32,000 nucleotides of DNA from Aeropyrum pernix K1 (lineage in GTDB: Archaea > Thermoproteota > Thermoprotei_A > Sulfolobales > Acidilobaceae): contig NC_000854.2 in assembly GCF_000011125.1 (NCBI RefSeq), positions 570,001 to 602,000 of the forward strand, given 5' to 3'. Numbering within the stretch: position 1 is the stretch's first letter; each line of letters starts with the position of its first letter. The translations under genes were made by a program, and so were the position numbers. The notes beneath the pieces are model-generated. The model was not told the origin of the DNA. It ran no database searches and worked only from the letters and a program-made list of their open reading frames with translations. This document shows positions 1 to 8,834 of this stretch, piece by piece.

Positions 1-1
1 T

Positions 2-376
2 CAAAATCATATGAGCATACTCATAGAGATCCTCATCATCGCTGAGCTTTTTAGAAAGGGACGCATGTCTTCGACTTTTTCTGTCATAGAAATGTGACAA
101 ACCTTCATGCCTAAGATATCCGTAAACGATACCTAGGTATTTTTCTCCATTAGCTGGAAGTTCTTTTATATCTGTTATTATGGGGATTTTTTCTGGCGAG
201 AAGGGATTGTTATTGGAGTTCAGCGGATACGAGGTGGATTGGGCGTACTTCACCACATCTGTAATAAATTGATAGTTCAGCTTGATAACTTTTTTATCTT
301 CAGTGTAGGCTTCAGCGATAACTCCATAAGCATAAATGTTCCTTTTGTATTCGTGGGAGGCCAAGTGAATCACCAT
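2..376 (-). CDS. hypothetical protein, partial (runs off the left edge of the window)
   Basis: Manual reverse-strand translation from ATG at 376: MVIHLASHEYKRNIYAYGVIAEAYTEDKKVIKLNYQFITDVVKYAQSTSYPLNSNNN..., open to the window edge for about 125 codons; absent from the ORF track because it is truncated. Confidence 0.6.
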   Translation of the reverse strand, partial: MVIHLASHEYKRNIYAYGVIAEAYTEDKKVIKLNYQFITDVVKYAQSTSYPLNSNNNPFSPEKIPIITDIKELPANGEKYLGIVYGYLRHEGLSHFYDRKSRRHASLSKKLSDDEDLYEYAHMIL

Positions 377-782
377 GGAACATTCGAACCTCGTGCTACA
401 ATTTAAGTGTTAGAGAATAATCAGCGACAGATTAGGTCGATATTTCTCTAACACGTATCATAAGCCCTAGAATTCAGTAATATTTCAAAGAGGACGCTGT
501 ATTACCAGCTATGGCTTAGCTTTTGTATTAACTTTATGATAAGATAAACATGAGCGCTTAAATGCCGCACAGCTAGACAGCCGTCTTAACTTTGTATGAA
601 GCTATAAATCAGACTTACCATGACAAAGGCTGGCCGCTCTGTAAGGACCTCTGTCCCCTTTAAGCTTTCTTTAATTAACTGAAAAATGATTGCCAGACTT
701 GGCGGCTTGAGCGGGTAAACCTTTTGATAATAAAAACGCTTTAAGATGTGTTATTTTCCTCTTTAATACCTACAGAAATGCT

Positions 783-843
783 TTATAAGTATTTGTGTCT
801 TAGAAGTGTATATTGAGTGTATACGGAGAGTTGGTGGATACAC
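783..843 (+). promoter_or_regulatory. TATA-like box and GTGTAT half-sites upstream of the leader ORF and methyltransferase
   Basis: TTATAAG near 783-790; GTGTAT at 806-811 and 817-822, inverted ATACAC at 838-843 directly before the ATG at 844. Confidence 0.4.
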
Positions 844-1044
844 ATGAGAGAGCGGGGAAGAGCCAAAACTAAAAGAGTTCAGGTTACATTTACACAGGAA
901 CAGTGGGAGCTGATAGAAAGATTTAGAGGCGTTATGGGCAACGATGATGCTGAGATAGTAAGGAACATAGTGCTGTCTTGGCTGGCTGAGAAGTCCGTAG
1001 TATCCTACAGGATTAAGGAGAAGGGAGGAGGTGCTGAGAGTTGA
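844..1044 (+). CDS. small ribbon-helix-helix-like protein, possible regulator of the adjacent methyltransferase
   Basis: MRERGRAKTKRVQVTFTQEQWELIERFRGVMGNDDAEIVRNIVLSWLAEKS has a beta strand plus two helices pattern; its stop codon overlaps the methyltransferase start (TTGA). ORF track extends to 817; ATG at 844 preferred. Confidence 0.6.
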   Translation: MRERGRAKTKRVQVTFTQEQWELIERFRGVMGNDDAEIVRNIVLSWLAEKSVVSYRIKEKGGGAES

Positions 1045-2450
1045 GCCGATACAGCACCATTTCGCTGTTCTCTGGTGCTGGCGGGCTGGATTTAGGGTTT
1101 GTGCAGAGCGGCAGGTTTAGGATTGTCTTCGCCAACGAGATACTTCTACCAGCGGCTGTTACTTATTCCAGAAACCTAGGGCTTAGGCTGGAAGTCTGCG
1201 GGGATGAGCCTCGTGTAGAGGCGCAGCCTGGAACTATCATGGCGTGTGATGTTGCTAAGCTGGATTTCACGGGTTTATCGGGTGTTGATGCCGATGTAAT
1301 CATTGGAGGCCCGCCGTGTCAGGACTTCTCTATAGTCAGGGGGCCTGACTGGGACAGGAGGGGCATAAATGTAAAAAGGGGCAGGCTTTATGCGCACTTT
1401 GTCAGAGCTCTGGCCTCTCTGCAGCCTAAGGCGTTTGTCTTTGAGAATGTTCCAGGCCTGGTTAGTGCGAACCGGGGCTTAGCTTATAAGGTGATTCTTG
1501 AGGACTTTGCAAGGCTGAGCATTAGGTGGGATGAAATAAAGAGGATTGTGTCAAGCAATGGGAACGGCGGAAAAGTGGAGGGCTACGAGATAGTCTTTAC
1601 CGGAATCGTGGATTTCTCAAAACTGGGTGTTCCCCAGAAGCGTGAGAGGCTTGTAATAATAGGTTTGAGGAAGGACCTGGCCGGAGGAGGCTTTGAGACC
1701 ATCTCCAGACTTAGGGCGCGCATCGATCATGTCCTCAGCGGCAAGAGGTGGCTGCTCCACAGGTATCCGCTGACCCCTATTGAAGTCTTCGAGGGTCAGC
1801 CGCTGGACAGACTCGGTGATAAGTATAAGGAGGTTATGCTGAAGTGGGAGGGAGTCTGGGATGAGGTAGGTACTGAAAGAGCTTTTGAGTGGAAAAGAAG
1901 GGTGTGGGACAGGCTTACATTCGATATTATAAGTGACTATCTCAGCTTTAACGGTATAAAGCATGCAGACAAGCAGGAGCTGGAGGAGGCGCTGATGCAG
2001 CATGAGGTTCTTCTTAAGGAGCTCGGATACTACGGCAGGCCCGTATACAGCCTTAAGCTACCTGATTCCACCACGGAGCCGCCTTATGAAGGTAAAGCGG
2101 TTGTGGAGAGAATGAAGAGGATACCGCCCGACGAGAACCACGAGTTTGTACGCGGCACCCGCTGGGAGGTAGAGGGAAGGGGGATAAGCCTTGTCTACAG
2201 AAGGATCCACCCACTCAAACCCTCATATACTGTAGTGGCGTACGGTGGGGGAGGAACCCACGGCTACCATTATGACCGCGACAGGGCGACACTGACTCTG
2301 AGGGAGAGAGCTAGGCTCCAAACGTTCCCTGACAGCTTTCTATTCTACGGGAAAAAGCCTGAGATCAGGGCTCAGATAGGCGAGGCTGTTCCTCCGCTTG
2401 CAGCCAAGAGAATAGCTGAAGCGCTAGCTGAGGTCCTTGATGCTGTTTAG
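1041..2450 (+). CDS. DNA (cytosine-5) methyltransferase
   Basis: Motif I LFSGAGGLDLGF, motif IV GGPPCQDFS, motif VI FENVPG, motif VIII-like QKRERL, C-terminal IGEAVPP. Confidence 0.95.
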   Translation: MSRYSTISLFSGAGGLDLGFVQSGRFRIVFANEILLPAAVTYSRNLGLRLEVCGDEPRVEAQPGTIMACDVAKLDFTGLSGVDADVIIGGPPCQDFSIVRGPDWDRRGINVKRGRLYAHFVRALASLQPKAFVFENVPGLVSANRGLAYKVILEDFARLSIRWDEIKRIVSSNGNGGKVEGYEIVFTGIVDFSKLGVPQKRERLVIIGLRKDLAGGGFETISRLRARIDHVLSGKRWLLHRYPLTPIEVFEGQPLDRLGDKYKEVMLKWEGVWDEVGTERAFEWKRRVWDRLTFDIISDYLSFNGIKHADKQELEEALMQHEVLLKELGYYGRPVYSLKLPDSTTEPPYEGKAVVERMKRIPPDENHEFVRGTRWEVEGRGISLVYRRIHPLKPSYTVVAYGGGGTHGYHYDRDRATLTLRERARLQTFPDSFLFYGKKPEIRAQIGEAVPPLAAKRIAEALAEVLDAV

Positions 2451-2451
2451 A

Positions 2452-3504
2452 TCAAAGCTGGCTGATTATCCTCTCCCACTCTTCTCTTTTGCGTCTGAGA
2501 GCGCCCGAGCTTACCAGGAAATGAAGGGTCTTAGTGAATTCACCTATACCCTCGAACTCTATCTTTACGTCTCTGCGGCTCGGAATGACGCCGAGTCTCT
2601 GCAGGTGCTCGACAACAGTATTTTTGTACACGTCTTCTTTAGGATTCCAATAGCCGATAAACTTGTTTATAACGAATTTTTTCCGCTTCATTACTCCTTC
2701 AGCTAAGAATATCGCCGTTCGGCGCCCTATAGCGGAGCCGTATTCCCTTTTATCGAAAAACCCGGCTATGTAAGCTGGTATTCCCGTGAAGTCTGGTATT
2801 AGGTCCCAAATGCTCTCGGCTTCTCCTTCTGTTATAACGCCCAGCTCCAGGGCTCTGCTAAGCATTTTGTCTCGGATCGCGCTTATCCTCTTCAGGAAGG
2901 CTAGAAAGTGCATCCTGGTGACTCCTACCCTCACAAGAACGAAGACGTCGCTGTGATCAACTTGCCTGTAGGGCACGTCAAGCCATATGCCTCTAAGCTT
3001 TGTCGTTTTTATGCTAACCTTGAGGTTGGGAGGCCTTCTTACCCCATCTTTTTCTACTTCCTTTATGTCAGATGGGAGAAATTCCTCGAGCGGCCCTTTC
3101 CTGTAGTCAAGCATGGCTTTGATGCCGTACTCTCTCTCCAGCCATTTTACGAATGCCAGCTCTCCTAGAAACCCCCTGATGGTGTCGGTCCACAGTTGTC
3201 CCAGATCTCTCTGCCTCGACATGCCGTAGTCCGTTCCGGCTAGTCGAGGAGCTAAGTCTAGAGCATGCACGGCGGCCTCTAGGTAGTCATTCTCATCGAG
3301 AACTACTGTGCTCCATCTCAGCCAGTCGATCCACTCATCTAAACTGGAGAACGCTTCTATATCGCGGCCCCGGAGGGCGCCCTCGCAGAGCGTATCGACA
3401 TGTCTGGTTCTCCGTTTTATATCCTCATACAGAAGATATTCTCGGGGGAGCTTTCCACTATTTACTGCTCTCACTATGGCGCTTGTGCAGGTTTGCTGGT
3501 TCAA
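2452..3504 (-). CDS. putative type II restriction endonuclease (PD-(D/E)XK-like)
   Basis: GELAFVKWLEREYG...PSDI...NLKVSIKTTK fits a PD-(D/E)XK-type core (SD...SIK); gene is convergent with the C5 methyltransferase with about 1 bp between stops. Confidence 0.6.
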   Translation of the reverse strand: MNQQTCTSAIVRAVNSGKLPREYLLYEDIKRRTRHVDTLCEGALRGRDIEAFSSLDEWIDWLRWSTVVLDENDYLEAAVHALDLAPRLAGTDYGMSRQRDLGQLWTDTIRGFLGELAFVKWLEREYGIKAMLDYRKGPLEEFLPSDIKEVEKDGVRRPPNLKVSIKTTKLRGIWLDVPYRQVDHSDVFVLVRVGVTRMHFLAFLKRISAIRDKMLSRALELGVITEGEAESIWDLIPDFTGIPAYIAGFFDKREYGSAIGRRTAIFLAEGVMKRKKFVINKFIGYWNPKEDVYKNTVVEHLQRLGVIPSRRDVKIEFEGIGEFTKTLHFLVSSGALRRKREEWERIISQL

Positions 3505-3588
3505 GCTCCAGCACCTTACAGCCGCCGCACATTTTATCCACTTTTAACAGATGTTTTTAACAGGTTTAGGCTTAGCTGGTGTCCAGCT

Positions 3589-4260
3589 GTGCTCTTTCTG
3601 GATAAAGGCAGAATCGAGGCTCTCAGGAGGAGATTGATAGAGTGGTATCGCGTGTACGGGGATAAAGATCTGCCCTGGAGGAACACTGCTGACCCCTGGG
3701 CCATTCTGGTTGCGGCGTTCCTGCTTAGAAAAACTACAGCTAGGCAGGTTGTAAGAGTGTATGAAGAATTCCTCAGGAGGTACCCCAATCCAAAGGCGCT
3801 GGCGAGTGCCAGGGAGGATGAGGTTAGAGAGCTCATCCGCCCGCTGGGCATAGAGCACCAGCGCGCCAAGCACCTGATTGAACTTGCAAAGCATATAGAA
3901 GCAAGATATGGCGGTAGGATTCCGTGCTCGAAGGAGAAGCTGAAGGAGTTGCCGGGGGTAGGGGACTACATAGCCTCAGAAGTCCTCCTAGCAGCCTGCG
4001 GCTCCCCCGAGCCGCTCCTGGACAGGAACATGATAAGGATCCTAGAGCGAGTGCTTGGTGTGAAATCCGCTAAGAAGAGGCCTCACACAGACCCCAAAAT
4101 GTGGTCTACGGCCAGGAGGATAGTGCCGAAAGACCCGGATATGGCGAAGGAGTTCAACTACGGGATGCTGGACCTGGCAAGGAAAATATGCACCGCTAGA
4201 AAGCCTCTGTGCACCGAATGCCCGTTAAATGATATTTGTATATACTACAACAATGATTAA
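3589..4260 (+). CDS. EndoIII/MutY-superfamily DNA glycosylase, probable G/T mismatch (Mig-like) glycosylase
   Basis: DLPWRNTADPWAILVAAFLLRKTTA; HhH LPGVGDYIASEVLLAACGSPEPLLDRN with Tyr rather than Lys and retained Asp; C-terminal C-x6-C-x2-C-x5-C (CTARKPLCTECPLNDIC) iron-sulfur motif. Track ORF starts at 3400; GTG at 3589 is a plausible true start. Confidence 0.85.
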   Translation: MLFLDKGRIEALRRRLIEWYRVYGDKDLPWRNTADPWAILVAAFLLRKTTARQVVRVYEEFLRRYPNPKALASAREDEVRELIRPLGIEHQRAKHLIELAKHIEARYGGRIPCSKEKLKELPGVGDYIASEVLLAACGSPEPLLDRNMIRILERVLGVKSAKKRPHTDPKMWSTARRIVPKDPDMAKEFNYGMLDLARKICTARKPLCTECPLNDICIYYNND

Positions 4261-4306
4261 GCTATATTAGGACTGGCTGACCTCCCATATCGAATGGTGT
4301 CGAGAC

Positions 4307-4792
4307 GTGTCGAAAACGCTCGAAAGCCCTTGGATGCTTTACCGGAGGAAGGGCTCATATGGGCCTGACGTGGAAGTTGTTCTCATGATGCCTATCTCGG
4401 TTGCCATCGAGGACAAGCTGTCGCTGGAGGTAGCCTTAAGAGAGTTCGGGCAAGTCTTAAACTACTATATGACTGGTCCTTATGATGCGGTGTTCATACG
4501 CATCAACGATGTTGCCAGCGTGGATGACAGGAGACTAGCTATTCTGGAGCGTATGGCCAGTCAGCATGGTATAGGGGTTCTTGTGGGTGGACCTCCTTAT
4601 TCTGCCTTCACCGAGAGCGATGTTTTGAAGCTTCCTGCCGTTATCAGCATGAAAGGCAACCCGCTTAGAGTTTACAGGAGGGGGAGGCCGATGAGCCCGG
4701 TAATAAGGAGGGCTGGCGATTTCGAGCAGCTCATCGAATCTGCGTCTAGGTACAGAAGCTTCTTTAGGGCAGAGTCTGCTGTTGGGAGGTGA
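4307..4792 (+). CDS. uncharacterised 161-aa protein with possible PD-(D/E)XK nuclease-like motif
   Basis: GPDVEVVLMMPISVAIEDKLSLEVALREFGQVLNYYMTGPYDAVFIRI: PD...ExK followed by a Q-x3-Y-like segment. Overlaps the next gene by 4 nt. Confidence 0.7.
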   Translation: MSKTLESPWMLYRRKGSYGPDVEVVLMMPISVAIEDKLSLEVALREFGQVLNYYMTGPYDAVFIRINDVASVDDRRLAILERMASQHGIGVLVGGPPYSAFTESDVLKLPAVISMKGNPLRVYRRGRPMSPVIRRAGDFEQLIESASRYRSFFRAESAVGR

Positions 4793-6231
4793 TGCTGTTG
4801 AGGAGAGGGAGGGAGAGAAGGAGGATACCTGAACATGTTGTAACCGACCCCTTTATAGATGTGGCTTTTGTTTATTCTCTGATTAAAGATAGTGAGAGGT
4901 TAGATGTCATAAAAAGGCAGGCTCAGGTGTATGTTGATATAGGTAGTAAAGGTGTAGAGACCGCAACCTTCAAAAAGTACAAAGAGGAGGCCGCCTCTTT
5001 TATAATAGAGGCTTTCGGCGCGGTTTATAAAAACGTTGATAAGGAGCTTGAGAGGAAGTTCGCAGGATATGATGATAAAACTGTTGCTCAAGTAAAAGCT
5101 GAGAGGGCTTGGACCAGCCTTATAGCGTTGCTTGCCTCAGCTATGCTTATGAAAAGAGCAGGAGTGGGAATTGGCTACTTTATCCCCTCGCAGTATGCTG
5201 ATATTTCGAGGCTGGAGCCTATATTAAAAGTTCTAATTTATGAAAAAGCACGCTCGCGGGGAAGAGCTGCATCCCGGGTTCTTGAAGCTGCACTGAAGGA
5301 TCTTGGGGTCGATAGAAAATTAGAGGAGCTGGCCGAGATAGCGCCCACCCTCTGGTGGGTTAATCTGATAATGGAAAGCGAGATTATTGAGGGCCTGCTG
5401 AAGTTCCACTATCTAACATACGTTTTTAGAGATAGGATAAACGCGTTCGTCGCTGAGGTAGAAGATACTCTCTCAACTATTGAAGAGCACCAGGCTGATT
5501 ATGATTACGGAGAAATCGAAGTGCTTAAGGGACTGCTCAGCAGATGTGTAGAGCTGAGGGGCCAATACATCAATAAGTTGCAAAATGCTCTCCTCTTCAT
5601 TAAAAGCCTGAGGCCCAGCGTGTTAAAAATAGCAAAGCCCGAGCAGTGGGAATGGTTCATCAAGGATGAAACATTGACATATGCAACTATGGTATATCTT
5701 GCAGAAACCCAAAGGCTCAGCGGAGCAGGCAGGATATCCCTCAGCATAACGCGCTTGCTAGAGCCGAAGAAAGGAGTTTATGCAGGAGTAGCTTCTGCCC
5801 TCGCAAGTCTGCTTGCTCTCTCACCCGTGTTTATGCAGTACAATATAGAGGCGCGGGGAAAAGCCGTCATAACGCCAGCGGATATAGTTGTAGCTGTGCT
5901 GAGGCTCATCGGCAGGCACGGCAGGGCAAGAGACTTCACAGTCGGTGTGGAGGATGCAGTAGCAGAGATTATTCAGTTTTGGAGAGAAGCGGATATTCTG
6001 CGCAGGGTTAGCATCTATGCCGAAGAAGATGCTACGCAGGACATGCAACACATCCTCGACTCGTTTAATGCATCTATGGCTCTGCTCCTCAGCACTGGCA
6101 TAGACGGCGTTCACCCAGTTACGTCGAAGAGGGTGTTGCTTAAGCTTCCCCCTAGAATGATTGCCTATGACTCCCTCTTTGTACGTCCTAATGCGTTTTT
6201 TGAAATGGTTAGAAAGGTTTGGGGTGGATAG
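4789..6231 (+). CDS. uncharacterised 480-aa, mostly helical protein
   Basis: Long ORF, GTG start overlapping the upstream stop; no recognised domain by eye. Confidence 0.85.
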   Translation: MMLLRRGRERRRIPEHVVTDPFIDVAFVYSLIKDSERLDVIKRQAQVYVDIGSKGVETATFKKYKEEAASFIIEAFGAVYKNVDKELERKFAGYDDKTVAQVKAERAWTSLIALLASAMLMKRAGVGIGYFIPSQYADISRLEPILKVLIYEKARSRGRAASRVLEAALKDLGVDRKLEELAEIAPTLWWVNLIMESEIIEGLLKFHYLTYVFRDRINAFVAEVEDTLSTIEEHQADYDYGEIEVLKGLLSRCVELRGQYINKLQNALLFIKSLRPSVLKIAKPEQWEWFIKDETLTYATMVYLAETQRLSGAGRISLSITRLLEPKKGVYAGVASALASLLALSPVFMQYNIEARGKAVITPADIVVAVLRLIGRHGRARDFTVGVEDAVAEIIQFWREADILRRVSIYAEEDATQDMQHILDSFNASMALLLSTGIDGVHPVTSKRVLLKLPPRMIAYDSLFVRPNAFFEMVRKVWGG

Positions 6232-7838
6232 GCGTGGAGAGAGAGGTGTGTGTTAATCAGCTACTTAAATTTTTGGACAGCATAAGGGGAAGACTGTCTT
6301 TTAGAATGGTTGAGCGTCTTTTTTCGCGCGGGCTGGATGAGAACCCTATATTTGAGGCCATAAGCAAGTCGGGGGCTTTGGCCAAAAACGTGATTATAAT
6401 ATTGGGCGGAAGGGGATGCGGCAAGACGCTAGTCATGAGATACATAAAGCACTACTTCGAGCCTGAGGGCTGGGATTACAAGTACTTCAGCGGAGATCAG
6501 TTTAAAGAGGCTGATGCCCAAGAGCTTATGAAGATAATATCGGAAACAAGGGATTTGCTCGAGAACAGCGAGGATTATAAGGTGATTGTCGGCATTGATG
6601 ATGTTGTGGAGGCAAGCGAAGCTATAAGAGATACAATTAAAAACCAGCTGGTGCCTTTGGTTGTGGATTATGCAGGGAGAATTAAACTCGTCATCTCAGG
6701 ACAGAGCGAGCGCGTTGTTGGGACAACAACAGTGCTCCATATATTAGAAGACACTTTGGGACGCAGTCCGAAGGCTGAAATGCTCTTCGGGGAGTACCCT
6801 GGAGAAGTACTGCGCAAGCAATTTAGAGAGAGCTACGTGAGAAAAGATCCTATAAAGCTCTTCAGAGGAGCCGCTATGATAAATCTCGATGCGTACTGGT
6901 CTAGATTCCGCTCTCTAGATATGGCTGAAGAGCTAGCTGATGTTATAGTAAGGCTGGCTGAATTTTACAAGTACAACAGCGGTGTAGGGGAGTGTGGGGA
7001 GGTCTCTGAAGAGTTATTAAAGTACAAGCGCGGGCTTGCCTTGATAGCCCTGGCAAGCCTGCCTAAAACTCTTTATCCGTACGACAAGATAGTAATAGAA
7101 TATATAAGCCCGGAGCCGGATACGCCTTCCCCCGCTCTGAACGGTCTGGGCATCTCTGACCTTATCTACAAATTCATATCTGGGGAGCTGAGAGGGCTGA
7201 GTGAGGTGGCAGAGAGGCTTTACAGCCGCTTATCACAGCAACGAGTTGCAGCTGATGTCGATGATATAAAAGAGGCTATAATGGAGTCGGCCAGCGAGCT
7301 GACCTACGCCAGCGTTGTAAGAGGTGCTCTGCCTGAGGCTTTAGGGATAGAAGTGCCTGAGGCCGAGCAGGGCAGAAAGCGCAAGCCCCTTAGACCGCGC
7401 TTAGACTTCATATATATTGACAGGGAGGTAGGCGGGCAACCTTCACGTGTTAACATAATCATACATGTACTTAAGCCCGATGCTAAAGGCTATGTTGTGT
7501 CCAGCTCGCTGTATAAGCTCGCGAGACTCGTCGAGCTGAATATACCCAGCGAGGCTGAAGGGAACTATTTAGCGGTCATAGTCCCGTCGAGGGCTCATAT
7601 GAGGGCGGTGTATAGATATGCAGAGATAAAGCGGATAGGCCGGGATATTCTAGTGGTGCTGGCTGACAGCTTGGGTGAACTAGACAATAGTGTTGTTAAA
7701 ACATTAGCCGATAAAAATGCTTCAGAAGAGGAGCTTAGACTGCTTCGGCATATATTCTTGGGAACTGTGCTCTTCAATCTAAGGGATGACAAGAACGTTC
7801 CTCAGCTCATATACTACCTCGCACCGACAGTTTTTTAG
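6219..7838 (+). CDS. AAA/STAND-like P-loop ATPase
   Basis: Walker A GGRGCGKT, Walker B-like VIVGIDDV, followed by KLVISGQSE strand; start overlaps the upstream gene (GTG at 6234 also possible). Confidence 0.8.
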   Translation: MGWIGVEREVCVNQLLKFLDSIRGRLSFRMVERLFSRGLDENPIFEAISKSGALAKNVIIILGGRGCGKTLVMRYIKHYFEPEGWDYKYFSGDQFKEADAQELMKIISETRDLLENSEDYKVIVGIDDVVEASEAIRDTIKNQLVPLVVDYAGRIKLVISGQSERVVGTTTVLHILEDTLGRSPKAEMLFGEYPGEVLRKQFRESYVRKDPIKLFRGAAMINLDAYWSRFRSLDMAEELADVIVRLAEFYKYNSGVGECGEVSEELLKYKRGLALIALASLPKTLYPYDKIVIEYISPEPDTPSPALNGLGISDLIYKFISGELRGLSEVAERLYSRLSQQRVAADVDDIKEAIMESASELTYASVVRGALPEALGIEVPEAEQGRKRKPLRPRLDFIYIDREVGGQPSRVNIIIHVLKPDAKGYVVSSSLYKLARLVELNIPSEAEGNYLAVIVPSRAHMRAVYRYAEIKRIGRDILVVLADSLGELDNSVVKTLADKNASEEELRLLRHIFLGTVLFNLRDDKNVPQLIYYLAPTVF

Positions 7839-7906
7839 CTATTCAGAACCCGGCTTACTTCCTTCTTTGAGCACTTCAAATTACAGAGTCCGATGTAGAT
7901 TCCAAG

Positions 7907-8191
7907 CTAGGACCCTAGAACGTCCCGACACTTTTCTAGGCACTCTGCCAGCCTCCGACCCTTCTCTGTGAGCTTTAAGGTCTTAACTCTGTAGCTTAGT
8001 GTTTCTTCTTTTACGAGTCCGGCTCTTATTAGGCGGTCTTTGAGGCCCATGAAGAATGTTTTCTCGCTTACTCCCGAGGCTTTCACTATCTCTGCTAGGC
8101 TTGGCTCGTACCCCTTCTTTTCGAATTCCAGTAGTGTGGGGAGTATTCTTATGAGGTGTCCGAACTGTAGCCGTAGGGTCTCATCGTCCAT
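7907..8191 (-). CDS. winged helix-turn-helix transcriptional regulator
   Basis: PSLAEIVKASGVSEKTFFMGLKDRLIRAGLVKEETLSYRVKTLKLTEKGRRL matches the archaeal wHTH pattern. Confidence 0.8.
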   Translation of the reverse strand: MDDETLRLQFGHLIRILPTLLEFEKKGYEPSLAEIVKASGVSEKTFFMGLKDRLIRAGLVKEETLSYRVKTLKLTEKGRRLAECLEKCRDVLGS

Positions 8192-8241
8192 ATCCTCTCC
8201 CGCCTACTAGTGTGTTTAGTTATTGTTATAGAGCATACCGT

Positions 8242-8330
8242 CTATACTCTATCACCTATACTCTAGAGTGGTAAGCTTTATTAGGTTCCGTTATCATTCT
8301 ATACTCTAGAACCTAGAGTATAGGTGATAG
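8242..8330. promoter_or_regulatory. shared operator region of divergent wHTH genes
   Basis: Perfect 18-bp inverted repeat CTATCACCTATACTCTAG (8249-8266) / CTAGAGTATAGGTGATAG (8313-8330), plus further CTATACTCT copies at 8242-8250 and 8299-8307. Confidence 0.7.
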
Positions 8331-8576
8331 GTGTTGGGTGGGGTTCGCCTTATTACCCCCGCGGCTCAGATTCTCCTTGCACTAGCTAGGGCCGACTCTC
8401 CTCTGAGCTATGGAGAGATAGTAGAGATAACGGGGCTCCCGCCTGCAACCGTTGACCTGAACGTCAAGAAGCTACTAGCTGAGGGTTTGGTTGAGAGGCG
8501 TGGTAGGAGGTATGTGCTGACTGCTGCTGGCCGGGCTAGGGTTGAGAGTTTGATTGCTGAGGTTGTCGGGGGGTGA
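8331..8576 (+). CDS. winged helix-turn-helix regulator (MarR/ArsR-like)
   Basis: SPLSYGEIVEITGLPPATVDLNVKKLLAEGLVERRGRRYVLTAAGRARVESL. Confidence 0.8.
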   Translation: MLGGVRLITPAAQILLALARADSPLSYGEIVEITGLPPATVDLNVKKLLAEGLVERRGRRYVLTAAGRARVESLIAEVVGG

Positions 8577-8582
8577 CTGGCT

Positions 8583-8834
8583 GTGGCTAAGATTGTTGTT
8601 TATAGTGTTGAGGAGTTTAGGCGGGCTCTGTCTAGGCTTGCCCGTCCTCAGACTCATGTTATCGTCTCTGACGGGGCTACGAGTATAGTTGCGGTTCCTA
8701 GGACTACCTCTCGCCACAGGCACTACCTCCAGTATTCCAGCACTAGCGTGGAGGAGATCGGCAGTCTCGTGGAGCATGCTAGGAGGGAGGGGTTCGAGGT
8801 TATCCTGGGTCATGTGCAGGAGGTGGCTGGCTAG
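8583..8834 (+). CDS. hypothetical protein of the integrated element
   Basis: Co-directional with overlapping downstream ORF; MAKIVVYSVEEFRRALSRLARPQTHVIVSDG... Confidence 0.6.
   Translation: MAKIVVYSVEEFRRALSRLARPQTHVIVSDGATSIVAVPRTTSRHRHYLQYSSTSVEEIGSLVEHARREGFEVILGHVQEVAG

Noticed and set aside
2437-3168. ORFs at 2437-2706 and 2908-3168 on the + strand
   Set aside because: Antisense to the 350-aa candidate endonuclease; no independent support.
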